Assembly (NCBI RefSeq): GCF_004376175.1 | Contig: NZ_SNUY01000081.1 | Span: 1-14,808, forward strand | Length of the DNA: 14,808 nucleotides | Direction: 5' to 3' | Source: Halalkalibacterium halodurans | GTDB taxonomy: Bacteria > Bacillota > Bacilli > Bacillales > Bacillaceae_D | Part shown: positions 1 to 6,909 of the stretch, piece after piece | Layout of the letters: each line of letters starts with the position of its first letter | Numbering within the stretch: the first letter of the stretch is position 1 | Program-made: the position numbers and the translations under genes | The notes under the pieces: generated by a model | The model's database searches: none | Told to the model about the DNA's origin: nothing | What the model saw: the letters and a program-made list of their open reading frames with translations, nothing else

Positions 1-386
1 TTTTTATTGAAAACACACGCACACACCTTACATTGATATTGTCCTTTTCCTCCGTTGTTTGCGTACAAATACGCAGAAGGAGCACCACACTTAGGACAAC
101 ACAATGCAGAAGGTACGGGCGTAGAATTGGCTCGACGGCGTACTGGTTTTAACGGTTTTCCTTTTGATTGAAGATATTCCGTTAATAAAAGCTGATAATC
201 GAGCTTTTCTACCTTTTCAATGATAGGTAAATCATCAATTTGAAGCTTTCGATAAGGCTGATTAACAGGAGCTTCTTTGGGTTTATCGAACATGCTTTTT
301 CCAATCAATAGAGTAAGCAAAGTTCGAATAATTTGTTCTTGATAGTTTATAAAAGTTAATAAATAGGTTATAATTTGAGGGTACAA
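1..386 (-). CDS. Putative insertion-sequence transposase, N-terminal portion only (continues beyond the left window edge); IS1/IS1595-like CxxC...CxxC zinc ribbon
   Basis: This minus-strand frame is open from 425 to position 1 and is missing from the ORF track because it has no stop inside the window. My translation is (L/M)YPQIITYLLTFINYQEQIIRTLLTLLIGKSMFDKPKEAPVNQPYRKLQIDDLPIIEKVEKLDYQLLLTEYLQSKGKPLKPVRRRANSTPVPSALCCPKCGAPSAYLYANNGGKGQYQCKVCACVFNKK... The CPxCG-x13-GQYQCKVC-xxxF pattern resembles the N-terminal zinc ribbon of IS1 InsA and IS1595-type transposases. A TTG at 386 lies 7 nt downstream of an AAGGAAGTG SD-like sequence; the alternative ATG at 293 has no SD. The family call rests on the motif only, and no IS end or inverted repeat can be verified. 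Confidence 0.4.
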   Translation of the reverse strand, partial: MYPQIITYLLTFINYQEQIIRTLLTLLIGKSMFDKPKEAPVNQPYRKLQIDDLPIIEKVEKLDYQLLLTEYLQSKGKPLKPVRRRANSTPVPSALCCPKCGAPSAYLYANNGGKGQYQCKVCACVFNK

Positions 387-549
387 ATTGTCACTTCCTT
401 TTCTGGAATTGGGTCTATGGTAACCTCAATTATCTACAGAAATCAGGGGGTGGCAATTTTTTTGCTTATAAAGCCCTCTAACATAGGATTTAATAACCTA
501 TTTTTATATAAAGTTTTGACAATACGCACTATCTGTAGGAGGTGAAATG

Positions 550-711
550 ATGGTACGTAAAAAAGCAAACCATTCCCGTCCTGGAATGAACGCAGCTAAA
601 GCTCAAGGGAAGGATGCGGGCTTAACATCTCAATTTCACGCGGAAATAGGACAAGAGCCGCTCAATCAAGCTCAGAGGCAAAACAATAAAAAGCGAAAAA
701 AGAACCAATAG
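550..711 (+). CDS. sspO: Small acid-soluble spore protein O (SspO/CotK), 53 aa
   Basis: Not in the ORF track because it is too short. An AGGAGGTG SD at 537-544 is followed by ATG at 550 and TAG at 709-711. The translation is [53 protein letters not shown]. From memory, this matches the B. subtilis SspO signature: MVKRKANH at the N-terminus, GMNxAKxQGKxAG, and a C-terminal [11 protein letters not shown]. A weak forespore-type (sigma-G/F-like) promoter candidate is ACATA at 481-485 with TTATATA at 504-510. Confidence 0.85.
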   Translation: MVRKKANHSRPGMNAAKAQGKDAGLTSQFHAEIGQEPLNQAQRQNNKKRKKNQ

Positions 712-739
712 CTTATTTGAAATAGGAGGGAAGAGTGAA

Positions 740-877
740 ATGACCGAGCGACATACAGCAAAAGACATTCGTAAAAATGCACCGAAAGGCGAGAACCCTG
801 GACAGCCTGAACCTTTATCAGGGTCAAAAAAAGTGAAAAAACGAAATCATGTCAGCCAAACAAACGGGGAAGGCTGA
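740..877 (+). CDS. sspP: Small acid-soluble spore protein P (SspP/CotL), 45 aa
   Basis: Not in the ORF track. A GGAGGG SD at 725-730 is followed by ATG at 740 and TGA at 875-877. The translation is [45 protein letters not shown]. The core [30 protein letters not shown] is the SspP signature as I recall it. The gene lies 28 nt downstream of sspO, as in the sspO-sspP operon. Confidence 0.85.
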   Translation: MTERHTAKDIRKNAPKGENPGQPEPLSGSKKVKKRNHVSQTNGEG

Positions 878-882
878 GAATG

Positions 883-918
883 AAGGGACTGGACCGATTC
901 GGTCTTAGTCCCTTTTTG
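883..918. terminator. Bidirectional rho-independent terminator between the convergent sspP and thioesterase genes
   Basis: AAGGGACT (883-890) pairs with AGTCCCTT (907-914). An inner stem pairs GACCG (892-896) with CGGTC (900-904). A TTTTT run follows on the + strand. Confidence 0.75.
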
Positions 919-1407
919 CTAACGTTGATGATTTTTTTGCATTTGGCGGCGCCGTTGGCGAATCTCATAGCGCTCTTTTGCTCCTTCGTAGTGCCATTTT
1001 TCCTCTTCTGTTGTTGGCACGACAGGAGGAATTTCCGCCGGTTTACCGTCTGGATCTAATGCAACAAACGTTAAATAGGATGTAGCCGTTAAACGCCGTT
1101 CACCTGTTAACAAGTCCTCCGCTTCAACTCTGACGAACACTTCCATCGATGTTTTTCTCGTATACGTCACAATGCCCTCAAGACAAATCGCTTCTCCTGT
1201 ACGAATAGGGGAAATGAAATCAAGGCTGTCGCTCGATGCTGTGACTACTTGCTTGCGACAATGGCGCATCGCAGCAATACTCGCCACTTTATCCACGTAG
1301 GCCATGACATTTCCACCGAAGATCGTTCCATGGTAGTTCGTATCTGGTGGTAACACAATATCAGTCATCACCGTAAGCGATTCACTTGGACGTTTTCCTT
1401 CCTTCAT
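919..1407 (-). CDS. Acyl-CoA thioesterase, hotdog fold (YkhA/YciA-type acyl-CoA hydrolase)
   Basis: The 162-aa ORF contains LPPDTNYHGTIFGGNVMAYVDKVASIAAMRH, the typical acyl-CoA hydrolase (COG1607-type) hotdog motif. A GGAGGAG SD lies 6 nt upstream of the ATG at 1407. Confidence 0.8.
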   Translation of the reverse strand: MKEGKRPSESLTVMTDIVLPPDTNYHGTIFGGNVMAYVDKVASIAAMRHCRKQVVTASSDSLDFISPIRTGEAICLEGIVTYTRKTSMEVFVRVEAEDLLTGERRLTATSYLTFVALDPDGKPAEIPPVVPTTEEEKWHYEGAKERYEIRQRRRQMQKNHQR

Positions 1408-1488
1408 CAGGATCTCCTCCTCTCGATTATCATGTCACAAAATGAACAAGTCATGTCTTATGTAAGAGATATTGGTTTTTTATAACCA

Positions 1489-1513
1489 CAAAAAAAGCAC
1501 CGATTGCGGTGCT
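1489..1513 (-). terminator. Rho-independent terminator for the galU-like gene
   Basis: On the minus strand, AGCACCG-CAAT-CGGTGCT is followed by TTTTTTT (the + strand A-run at 1490-1496). It sits about 135 nt downstream of the stop at 1649. Confidence 0.7.
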
Positions 1514-1648
1514 ACACCGGACACTCGTCGATTTTCTCTTTCGCAAGATGAACTCTGCTAATGGATCTCTTGTGACGACCTGTGATGGCTCCTCCCCTAT
1601 TGTAGGGGATGCTTGCTAAAGATGCAATTCTTATCAGAAAAGAGCCTC

Positions 1649-2470
1649 TTACGTAGAGCTTTTCTTTTCGCTAAACTCTTGTATTAAACGTTGGTAGTCT
1701 TCCTCAATACCGATGTCATAACGACACCCTTCGATGATTTTTCCTATAACGGTATGCGAAATAAGCAAAGCCTTTATTGCGTCCGTTAATTGTACTTCTC
1801 CCCCTTTGCCAATCCCTATATTTTTTAGCTTTTGGAAGATGGCGGGTTCAAATATATACCGTCCAACAATGGCTAAGTTAGACGGAGGATTTGTCTGTGG
1901 TTTTTCTACCACATTCTCTATTTTATATTCATCACTTGACAGTGGATGACCAGCAATGACTCCATATCGCTTTAATAGTTCCGACTCGACCTCTTGGAGC
2001 CCAATAATACTTTTATTGTATTGCTTATAAACGTTCACTAGTTCTGCTAATACGGACGTGTGTTTTGGAGAAATAAACAAATCATCTGGTAACAAAACAG
2101 CAAAGGGTTCTCCATTGACAAATCGTTCTCCTAATCGAATGGCATCCCCTAATCCGTTGGCATGAGGTTGACGAATAAATTGGATGGTTACATCAGGAAG
2201 AGCTAACTTTTCTAGGAGATGCTGCTTATTCATTTTTTTCAGAAATGTTTCCAATTCAATGGACCGATCAAAGTAATCCATAATCAACGTGCGATTTCTC
2301 GAAAGAATGATGAGAATTTCTTCAATTCCGGCTGCAACAGCTTCTTCCACAATGTAATGGAGAGCTGCTTTACCATTAATAGGGAACATCTCTTTCGGAA
2401 CGACTTTAGTAATCGGAAGACATCTAGTTCCATATCCAGCTGCTGGAATAATCGCTTTTTTAATTTCCAT
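1649..2470 (-). CDS. galU: UTP--glucose-1-phosphate uridylyltransferase (GalU/GtaB family; the context suggests the sporulation paralog YtdA type)
   Basis: The 273-aa ORF begins with the nucleotidyltransferase motif KAIIPAAGYGTRCLPITKVVPKEMFPI and also contains LLPDDL and VEKP motifs typical of GalU. A possible sigma-K-like promoter upstream on the minus strand is AC (2520-2519), a 17-nt spacer, then AATAGTGTA (2501-2493). That promoter call is low confidence. Confidence 0.9.
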   Translation of the reverse strand: MEIKKAIIPAAGYGTRCLPITKVVPKEMFPINGKAALHYIVEEAVAAGIEEILIILSRNRTLIMDYFDRSIELETFLKKMNKQHLLEKLALPDVTIQFIRQPHANGLGDAIRLGERFVNGEPFAVLLPDDLFISPKHTSVLAELVNVYKQYNKSIIGLQEVESELLKRYGVIAGHPLSSDEYKIENVVEKPQTNPPSNLAIVGRYIFEPAIFQKLKNIGIGKGGEVQLTDAIKALLISHTVIGKIIEGCRYDIGIEEDYQRLIQEFSEKKSST

Positions 2471-2580
2471 TAGGTTCTCATCCCTTTTTTACTACACTAT
2501 TCCCCTCTGGTTGTCTTTGTTAAATTTAGTGGCTTCATACGTCATTAACCTATTTTCCCATCATCTGTTTATACGCGGAT

Positions 2581-2607
2581 ACCTTGTTTTTTTCAGGTCA
2601 TACACTA
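2581..2607 (+). promoter_or_regulatory. Candidate mother-cell (sigma-E/sigma-K type) promoter for the 61-aa ORF and epimerase transcription unit
   Basis: AC at 2581-2582 is followed by a 16-nt spacer and CATACACTA at 2599-2607. This matches the sigma-K -10 consensus CATAnnnTA and also the sigma-E -10 consensus CATACAnT. It lies about 55 nt upstream of the ATG at 2661. This is a consensus match only. Confidence 0.4.
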
Positions 2608-2660
2608 TTGAAAGTCCATTTGTAACCGCCGCTTTGTTTAAAAGGAGGAAATGAATTGCA

Positions 2661-2846
2661 ATGAACATTTCAATGAACGATACAAATTGGGGTGAGATAA
2701 CAATTGCCACCTTGCTTGCAGAGTTCAATCAGCAACCGTCTGCATGTATCTTCCAATTAAGAAAGCCTAGTAAAAAGATGAGAGAGTTTCACATAAAACG
2801 AGTTAAAAGTGAAAGGTTTACGTATTGGGTGGTGAACCAACTATGA
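2661..2846 (+). CDS. Hypothetical small basic protein (61 aa), translationally coupled to the downstream epimerase
   Basis: A strong AAAGGAGG SD at 2641-2648 lies 12 nt upstream of the ATG at 2661, and no other plausible ORF is served by that SD. The stop TGA (2844-2846) overlaps the epimerase ATG (2843-2845) in an ATGA arrangement. I recognise no family. Confidence 0.5.
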   Translation: MNISMNDTNWGEITIATLLAEFNQQPSACIFQLRKPSKKMREFHIKRVKSERFTYWVVNQL

Positions 2847-3790
2847 GAATTCTTGTTACTGGTGCCGCCGGATTCATTGGCTCCCACCTCTGTGAACAAT
2901 TGCTTATGAACGAAAAGGTGTCTGTTGTTGGGGTTGACGGACATATTGATTCCTCTTTGTGTAAAGTTAAGGAACGCAATGTTCGAAATTTACTAAAACA
3001 TCCTCGCTTTACTTTACTCAAACAAGATTTATTAACGATCGACTTAGAACCATTGGTTGACCAGGTCGATGTGATTTACCACTTGGCCGGCATACCTGGG
3101 GTACGATCGAGCTGGGGGACAGACTTCAAAAAGTATGTCACTCATAATATAGTAGCCACTCAACAACTATTAGAAGCGTGTCGTCGTCATTCACTCGAAA
3201 AGTTTATTTATATCTCAACTTCGTCGGTGTATGGGCAAAAAAACGGGAAAGTAGGTGAAAAAGCACCTCCCACTCCTCTCTCTCCATACGGTGTGTCTAA
3301 ATTAACAGGTGAACACTTATGCAACGTCTATTACAGGAATTTTTCTATCCCGACGGTCATTTTACGCTATTTTACCGTATACGGTCCTAGACAGCGTCAA
3401 GATATGGCTTTTCACCGCTTTATAAAAGCGATAATAGACAATCAACCGATTCCTATTTTTGGAGATGGTAATCAATCACGGGATTTTACGTATATTGATG
3501 ATTGTATCGCTGCAACGTGTGCCGTACTCCATGCGGATGTCATCGGTGAAACGATCAATATAGGCGGTAAAGAGCGAGCAACCGTTTTACAGATCATTTC
3601 TATGCTTGAATCCATTTTTCAAAAAGATGCCAAGCTTCAATTTTTAGAAAAACCTTTTGGTGAACCGATGTCCACTTGGGCTGATATTTCAAAAGCGGAA
3701 AAGCTTTTGCGCTACTCTCCCAACGTTCCTTTATTACAAGGAATAGAAAAAGAAGTGGACGATTTGTTGGATCTATATCAGATCGATTAG
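2843..3790 (+). CDS. NAD-dependent nucleotide-sugar epimerase/dehydratase (extended SDR; YtcB-like)
   Basis: The N-terminus MRILVTGAAGFIGSHL is a Rossmann GxxGxxG motif. The catalytic YxxxK appears in SPYGVSKLTGE, and STSSVYG and RYFTVYGPRQRQDM are typical of UDP-sugar epimerases. The ORF-track start at 2825 is a TTG; the ATG at 2843, preceded by GGTGGTGA, is preferred. Confidence 0.88.
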   Translation: MRILVTGAAGFIGSHLCEQLLMNEKVSVVGVDGHIDSSLCKVKERNVRNLLKHPRFTLLKQDLLTIDLEPLVDQVDVIYHLAGIPGVRSSWGTDFKKYVTHNIVATQQLLEACRRHSLEKFIYISTSSVYGQKNGKVGEKAPPTPLSPYGVSKLTGEHLCNVYYRNFSIPTVILRYFTVYGPRQRQDMAFHRFIKAIIDNQPIPIFGDGNQSRDFTYIDDCIAATCAVLHADVIGETINIGGKERATVLQIISMLESIFQKDAKLQFLEKPFGEPMSTWADISKAEKLLRYSPNVPLLQGIEKEVDDLLDLYQID

Positions 3791-3807
3791 ATCAAGTGTG
3801 GGTGGTT

Positions 3808-3850
3808 AAAAACGTCCACAAGCATAAGAAAGTGTGGACGTTTTCTTTTT
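3808..3850. terminator. Bidirectional terminator between the convergent epimerase and cotSA-like genes
   Basis: AAAACGTCCACA (3809-3820) pairs with TGTGGACGTTTT (3833-3844) around a 12-nt loop. A T-rich tract (TTTTCTTTTT) follows on the + strand and an A-run precedes the hairpin. Confidence 0.8.
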
Positions 3851-5366
3851 AAAGAACGAGCGGATTTAACCACGGTGGTGAAGGTGGATTATTATCATAA
3901 ATGTTAACCTTATTGATGCTGACCTTTTCAGCAATAGTCTCCTCTTCTGCAAGGGCACCTTCTTTTTCTTCTTTTTCTTCTTTTTCCTCTTTCAAACGTG
4001 TATCTTCTTTTTCCTCTTTTCGGTCTCTAATGCCTTTTAGCACACCTTCTAACTCTGCCAACTCTTCTAATATGACTTGAATTTCTTCATTCTCTACTGG
4101 TTCATCCTGCGAAAGATCACTGATCCAGCCCACTTGATCTAGAGCAGTCTCCTGATCTTCTAGTGGGGCGGTGGTTCCATCTTTTATAAGCTTTCCAATT
4201 GGAATATCTTGATGGATAAGCTGTTGGATCTCATTCCATACTTGCTCGATGTCACGAACGACACGATCCCATGAGTATTTTTCCTCCGCTAATTGGCGAC
4301 CATAACGCCCCATTTCGAGACATAGCTGTGGGTCCGCTAAAAGCTTACTAAGTTCTTGAGCAAAAGCAGTAGGATTTTCCACATCTTCTACTACAAGGCC
4401 ATTTTTATTTTGCTCGATGACTTCAGGATTTCCCCCTCTTGCTGTCGTTACAATCGGAAGCCCAGAGGCCATCGCTTCATAGTGTACGCGCGCAAGTGGC
4501 TCTTGCCATTGAGACGGGCAAACAAACAGATCAGCTGCAGCATACCACTTATGGATATCCATTGGGTTGACAAATCCAGTGGTCACGACCGGGATTGGAG
4601 ATCTGTTGGCAAGTGATCGGACATACGCAACATAGTCAGTGACCCCGTCGTCACTAAACCACTTACTCCCCATCAACACAAGGGCTACATTCGAAAAAGA
4701 TTTCCCTAGTTCATGCATCGCCCTAACGAGAACATCTGCCCCTTTGTTAGCTGATAGACGCCCTGAAAATAATATCACCTTCTTACCTTCAAGTTGATGT
4801 TCTTGACGAAGCTGATCACGAATCGAACGCGCTTTCTGCGAATAAATGGGGACAAACCGATCTAAATCGACACCAGAATAAATCGTTTGTAGTTTGGGTT
4901 CAGCTTGAGGAAAAGGTTGTTTAATCGTTTCCCCAATGTATTGGCTAATTGTAATAATTTTATCCACTTGTTCAATCGCATAGGCTGCCTCTTCAGGAGT
5001 GATCTTTTCTCGTTTAAACATATCATTGTGCATGCTTAAAACAATTCTTGCCTTCGGTGCAGCTTCGCGTACGGGGCGGACTAATCTGGGGCGGTTAAAG
5101 ATGTGAATCAATTCAAAAGTTGGAGCAGAAGAAAGGTACTCTGCCACATTTTTCTGATAGATATGCAAGAGCTTTCCTGGTACTCTCACGTAACGAACGT
5201 TATCAACGACCTCTTCATCTGGTAAATCCGGATCTGATACACTTAACACCGTAAGATCATGTTTGTTTTTAAGTGCTGGGAGTGCACCAGAAATATATGT
5301 TTGAATGGCGCCACCTCTAATAGCGGGAACAGGTAATTTTTCCGTACAAATGATCAAAACCTTCAT
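3849..5366 (-). CDS. cotSA: Spore coat glycosyltransferase, GT4 family (CotSA-like), with a 122-aa acidic C-terminal extension
   Basis: The 505-aa ORF resembles my recollection of B. subtilis CotSA in MKVLIICTEKLPVPAIRGGAIQTY, SMHNDMF, YSGVDL, GSKWF and SQWQEPLARVHYEAMASGLPIVTTARGGNPEVIEQNKNG (the EX7E region). The homologous region ends near aa 383. Residues 384-505 are an E/K-rich tail that I do not expect in CotSA, which I recall as about 377 aa. Confidence 0.85.
   Translation of the reverse strand: MKVLIICTEKLPVPAIRGGAIQTYISGALPALKNKHDLTVLSVSDPDLPDEEVVDNVRYVRVPGKLLHIYQKNVAEYLSSAPTFELIHIFNRPRLVRPVREAAPKARIVLSMHNDMFKREKITPEEAAYAIEQVDKIITISQYIGETIKQPFPQAEPKLQTIYSGVDLDRFVPIYSQKARSIRDQLRQEHQLEGKKVILFSGRLSANKGADVLVRAMHELGKSFSNVALVLMGSKWFSDDGVTDYVAYVRSLANRSPIPVVTTGFVNPMDIHKWYAAADLFVCPSQWQEPLARVHYEAMASGLPIVTTARGGNPEVIEQNKNGLVVEDVENPTAFAQELSKLLADPQLCLEMGRYGRQLAEEKYSWDRVVRDIEQVWNEIQQLIHQDIPIGKLIKDGTTAPLEDQETALDQVGWISDLSQDEPVENEEIQVILEELAELEGVLKGIRDRKEEKEDTRLKEEKEEKEEKEGALAEEETIAEKVSINKVNIYDNNPPSPPWLNPLVL
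3961..3987 (-). repeat. Three tandem 9-bp units (TCTTTTTCT, TCTTTTTCT, TCTTTTTCC on the + strand) encoding (EKE)3 in the CotSA-like tail
   Basis: Read directly from the sequence. The units occupy 3961-3969, 3970-3978 and 3979-3987, and a related copy lies at about 4004-4013. The repeats are in frame and encode KEEKEEKEEKE. Confidence 0.9.
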
Positions 5367-6472
5367 TATTCACTTCCTCCTACTCGAAATGCTTTTAATT
5401 CCTCTATTACTGGCCACTTTGTTTCATCAATTGCAACGATTCGATTAATCATAGTCTCAAATTCTTGGTTCATGACAAGTTCAGGATCGTACACGAGTTC
5501 TTTCGCATTTTTATAAAATAAATTTGGTAATGACAAATCGATTAACAATAGTTCATATAATTGATCATCAATCGGATGAGCTTCATGATAAGCCGTCATC
5601 ATTTCTTTCACCCAGCTAATGTCCCAACCCCCTAGATCATCCATCGTTCCAGTTATGAGCTTTTGTAAATCACGAATTGGTAAATCATAGGAAACCCCAT
5701 CTAAATCGATGATCCACATGCCGTTTGGACCCATTTGACCATTAGACCATCCGTAATCTTGATGGGCGAGACCCCACGCTTCATTCCCTTTCGCACTCAT
5801 TTCGTGATACGATGACTGCTCTAATCGCTGTAAGGCATCAATCGCTTGCGCTTCAAAACGATCAATTACTTGTAAAATCAGTTGACTTGCTGCTAGCTCA
5901 GGATAAAGGTTCGCAATGTTTTTAAACCATGTCATTTTTTTCACGATCTTTTGATACGTTTTAGGCCAGCGGTAAATGCGTGATGCCGTCTCTGCTCGAT
6001 CGGGAGGAACGTAGCCTTTCGATAATTGATGAAACTCCCCAATTGCATGACATAGTTGCTTAGCGCCTTCTAGGTCTTTTGTAACTTGAAAAAGAGGCTC
6101 AATCCATTCTGCTACAAACCAAAGCTTCTCTCCTTTTTCAACTGCGAGTTCTCCTGTTTTCGTCCGTATGATTTCGGGCACTCGAGCTTGTTTCTCTTTT
6201 ACTAAATATTCTTGAGCTCCTAGACTGAACCAGCTTCTTGAAGGGCGACGATGGAGAATTTTCAAGCTTTTCGGCCCCTGATCGGTTTCCATTTTCCAAA
6301 TCAACCCCCCCTTATCCGCCTTTGTTGTAATCACTTCTAATCCGTTGGCTTGAAATTCATAGTGTGTTAGAACGTCTTGCGCCATCTCATGAATATAATC
6401 CGGTACATAATTTTCACCTAATGTACCATCAAGATCCCATGGAGTAATAATTTGTGGTCGTTCCTGCTCCAT
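5366..6472 (-). CDS. cotS: Spore coat protein of the CotS family (CotS/CotI/YtaA-type bacterial spore kinase fold)
   Basis: The 368-aa ORF carries CotS-family landmarks as I recall them: IWKMETDQGPKSLK, HQLSKGYVPP, AHQDYGWSN, YDLPIRDLQKL and LLIDLSLPNLF. An AAGGAGG SD lies 7 nt upstream of the ATG at 6472. Its TAA (5368-5366) overlaps the cotSA-like ATG (5366-5364) by 1 nt (TAATG). Confidence 0.85.
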   Translation of the reverse strand: MEQERPQIITPWDLDGTLGENYVPDYIHEMAQDVLTHYEFQANGLEVITTKADKGGLIWKMETDQGPKSLKILHRRPSRSWFSLGAQEYLVKEKQARVPEIIRTKTGELAVEKGEKLWFVAEWIEPLFQVTKDLEGAKQLCHAIGEFHQLSKGYVPPDRAETASRIYRWPKTYQKIVKKMTWFKNIANLYPELAASQLILQVIDRFEAQAIDALQRLEQSSYHEMSAKGNEAWGLAHQDYGWSNGQMGPNGMWIIDLDGVSYDLPIRDLQKLITGTMDDLGGWDISWVKEMMTAYHEAHPIDDQLYELLLIDLSLPNLFYKNAKELVYDPELVMNQEFETMINRIVAIDETKWPVIEELKAFRVGGSE

Positions 6473-6825
6473 TTTTTTACCTCCTTACAAACGTCTAATA
6501 ACCAACATATTCCCAACTTCCTCTTAAGAGTGGGCTTCTGTCTTGGAATAATTGAAAAGGTACAGGCAAAACGTAAAACAAATCAATGCAGCCTCATTTA
6601 AAAGCTCTCTCGTTTTTTTTCATAGACAAAATGTTTAGAGATGAGCAACCACGAGCCACTAAAAAGCATCGCTTACTGAGAACTACCGTTTAACCGTTCG
6701 AACCTCAGCTTCTGAAGGCTGCATCTCGCGCGACAAGAAAATGGCCACATCGAGCACGTAGCTTTCGTCCCAATTTTAAGGAAACGATCGGCGGGATCGT
6801 TGCTTAAAGAAAGCAAAAAACACAC

Positions 6826-6870
6826 TAACACAAAAATCGGGTGAACCGTTTGATGTGGTTCACCCGATTT
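6826..6870 (-). terminator. Rho-independent terminator ending the allantoinase / transporter / small-membrane-protein operon
   Basis: A perfect 14-bp stem pairs AAATCGGGTGAACC (6834-6847) with GGTTCACCCGATTT (6857-6870) around a 9-nt loop. On the minus strand it is followed by TTTTGTGTT. It lies 40 nt downstream of the stop at 6910. Confidence 0.8.
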
Positions 6871-6909
6871 AATGATCATGGTGCTTTTGGGACAGCTCCT
6901 ATATTTGAT

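Noticed and set aside
1513-1648. A 135-nt stretch between the galU-like stop and its terminator, containing a small CCCCT-ATTGT-AGGGG hairpin and a 23-aa ORF without an SD.
   Set aside because: There is no SD, no promoter-like elements and only a 5-6 bp stem. It is most simply a 3' UTR.
1734-2473. The + strand ORFs 1734..1949 and 2219..2473.
   Set aside because: They lie entirely antisense within the well-supported galU-like CDS. They have no SD and low-complexity translations, so they are typical shadow ORFs.
2818-3021. The minus-strand ORF 2818..3021 (67 aa).
   Set aside because: It is antisense to the epimerase N-terminus (the Rossmann motif region), has no SD and no recognisable sequence features.
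4356-4616. The + strand ORF 4356..4616 (86 aa).
   Set aside because: It is antisense inside the conserved EX7E region of the CotSA-like glycosyltransferase, so it is a shadow ORF.
6740-6775. A GGGACGAAAGC segment on the minus strand that resembles part of a c-di-GMP-I (GEMM) riboswitch core.
   Set aside because: Only one short element matches. I could not find the paired GGCAAA/GNRA-tetraloop hairpin or the surrounding conserved helices. Without a covariance-model scan this is not supportable.
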